From NCBI GenBank assembly GCA_054661495.1, contig BAAFSQ010000092.1, positions 1-32,000 on the forward strand: a DNA stretch of 32,000 nt, read 5' to 3'. A program made the translations under genes and the position numbers. The notes below the pieces were generated by a model. The model saw nothing but the letters and a program-made list of their open reading frames with translations, did not search any database and was not told the DNA's origin. Shown in pieces: positions 30,893 through 32,000 of this stretch (within the stretch, counting starts at the first letter, position 1; each line of letters opens with the position of its first letter). The stretch is from Zygophlyctis sp. KS116. Taxonomy: Eukaryota; Fungi; Chytridiomycota.

Positions 30893-32000
30893 TTAGAAAC
30901 CTTGCCTCGCACCACAAAACTCAACGATGCGGTCACAAGCAATCTTCAAGTCCGATTTATGAACTGTAAATACAATTCTTACCCATGGACCATCGCAATG
31001 AAAACACGATCCTGGAAGAACTAGAACCGACTCTGAAGATACCAAAGATTCTACAAATTCTAATTCACTTTTCACGCCCAAGACTTTCAAGTCTAGTTTA
31101 AGCATGAGATACATTGCTCCTTGAGGAAATACAATTTGAATTCCATTAGCTTTTGATAATATTTCACTTGCTAATTGTGCATTTTCTTGCAATTGATCAA
31201 TAGTTTCAGAAAAAAAAGAGTCTGGAAGAGACAAAAGTTTGGGAATAGCAGCTTGAATTAGAGAATTTGCACCAAGAGTCAACTGAGTTAGACTCATTAA
31301 TCCTTTTCTAATTTCATCTAAATTTTTTAAAGGATCATGAATTAATATCCAACCCACTCTCCATCCTGGAACTAACCATTTTTTAGCAAGTCCTCCAGTC
31401 GTCAAAATAGGAACATTTCCATTTAAAGAAGCCAAAGCATGAAAAGTAAATCCTTTGATATTATCAACCTGCTGTATTACCTTTAAACACCATATCCGCA
31501 TAAATTTCATCACTAATGACTGGCAAACTATACTTTTCTGCAATTTTTAAAATTTCTTGTAAATGTGATTTTGTATATACAGACCCACATGGATTAGAAG
31601 GATTATTTAATAGAATTGCACGTGTATTCTGATCAATACAATTCTCTAAAGACTCCAAATCAATTTCCCAATTACTCTATTAAATTAGAAATTAAGTTTT
31701 ACTAGTGGTTTCAACTTGTAAAATCTTGTTTGTATTCCTTTAGAAGAACATAATGTTTCATATAGAGCAAAACCTGGACTTGGTAAAATAATATTATCTC
31801 CTTCATTTGCCAAGACTCCAATACATAGATTTAGCGCATCAGAACAACCAGACGCCAAAACTACATCAGCAGGCGTATAATTTACACCATTTTTAGAATA
31901 ATATTTAGAGATTGCTTCTCTTGCCTCTAGAGTCCCAAAAGAAGGAACATAACCACTGCCTTTATAATTTTTAAGGCTATCGACGACTGCATCAATTCCG
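30893..32000 (-). CDS. TAT: Tyrosine aminotransferase (PLP fold I), 5'-truncated by the window, at least 2 introns
   Basis: LASGCSDAL, PGFALY, NNPSNPCGSV, SDEIY, GGLAKKWLVPGWRVGW and PQGAMY. Introns 31677-31702 and 31453-31480. Confidence 0.92.

Noticed and set aside
498-32000. Fragmented ORFs as pseudogenes, programmed frameshifts or an alternative genetic code
   Set aside because: Each break is repaired by a short GT-AG intron that restores conserved motifs, and long exons translate cleanly in the standard code.
1-32000. tRNA, rRNA, CRISPR arrays, transposons, viral inserts
   Set aside because: None recognised; almost all sequence is accounted for by housekeeping genes. Small ncRNAs cannot be excluded without a covariance-model search.

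Overview
AT-rich, extremely gene-dense eukaryotic DNA, most consistent with a flagellated early-diverging fungus (chytrid-like). It combines fungal-type Met30, standalone Ura4, Gpi8 and Sfr1/Mei5 with the axonemal gene RSPH9 and a CCDC148 homologue. I reconstructed about 26 protein-coding genes by hand. They are split by about 41 very short GT-AG introns (mostly 24-33 nt), which explains why the ORF track looks fragmented. Intergenic gaps are often only 2-50 nt. The most notable item is a cytosolic glutamyl-tRNA synthetase spliced in frame to an Arc1p/AIMP1(EMAP II)-type tRNA-binding domain; retention of the last micro-intron would remove that domain. Other notable items are AATAAA signals fused to stop codons, a divergent CFIm25, telobox-like and G1/S-type promoter motifs, a MOV10/SDE3-like helicase and tandem tetraspanins. 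I saw no rRNA, tRNA, CRISPR array or mobile element. All assignments come from motif recognition by eye, with no database search.
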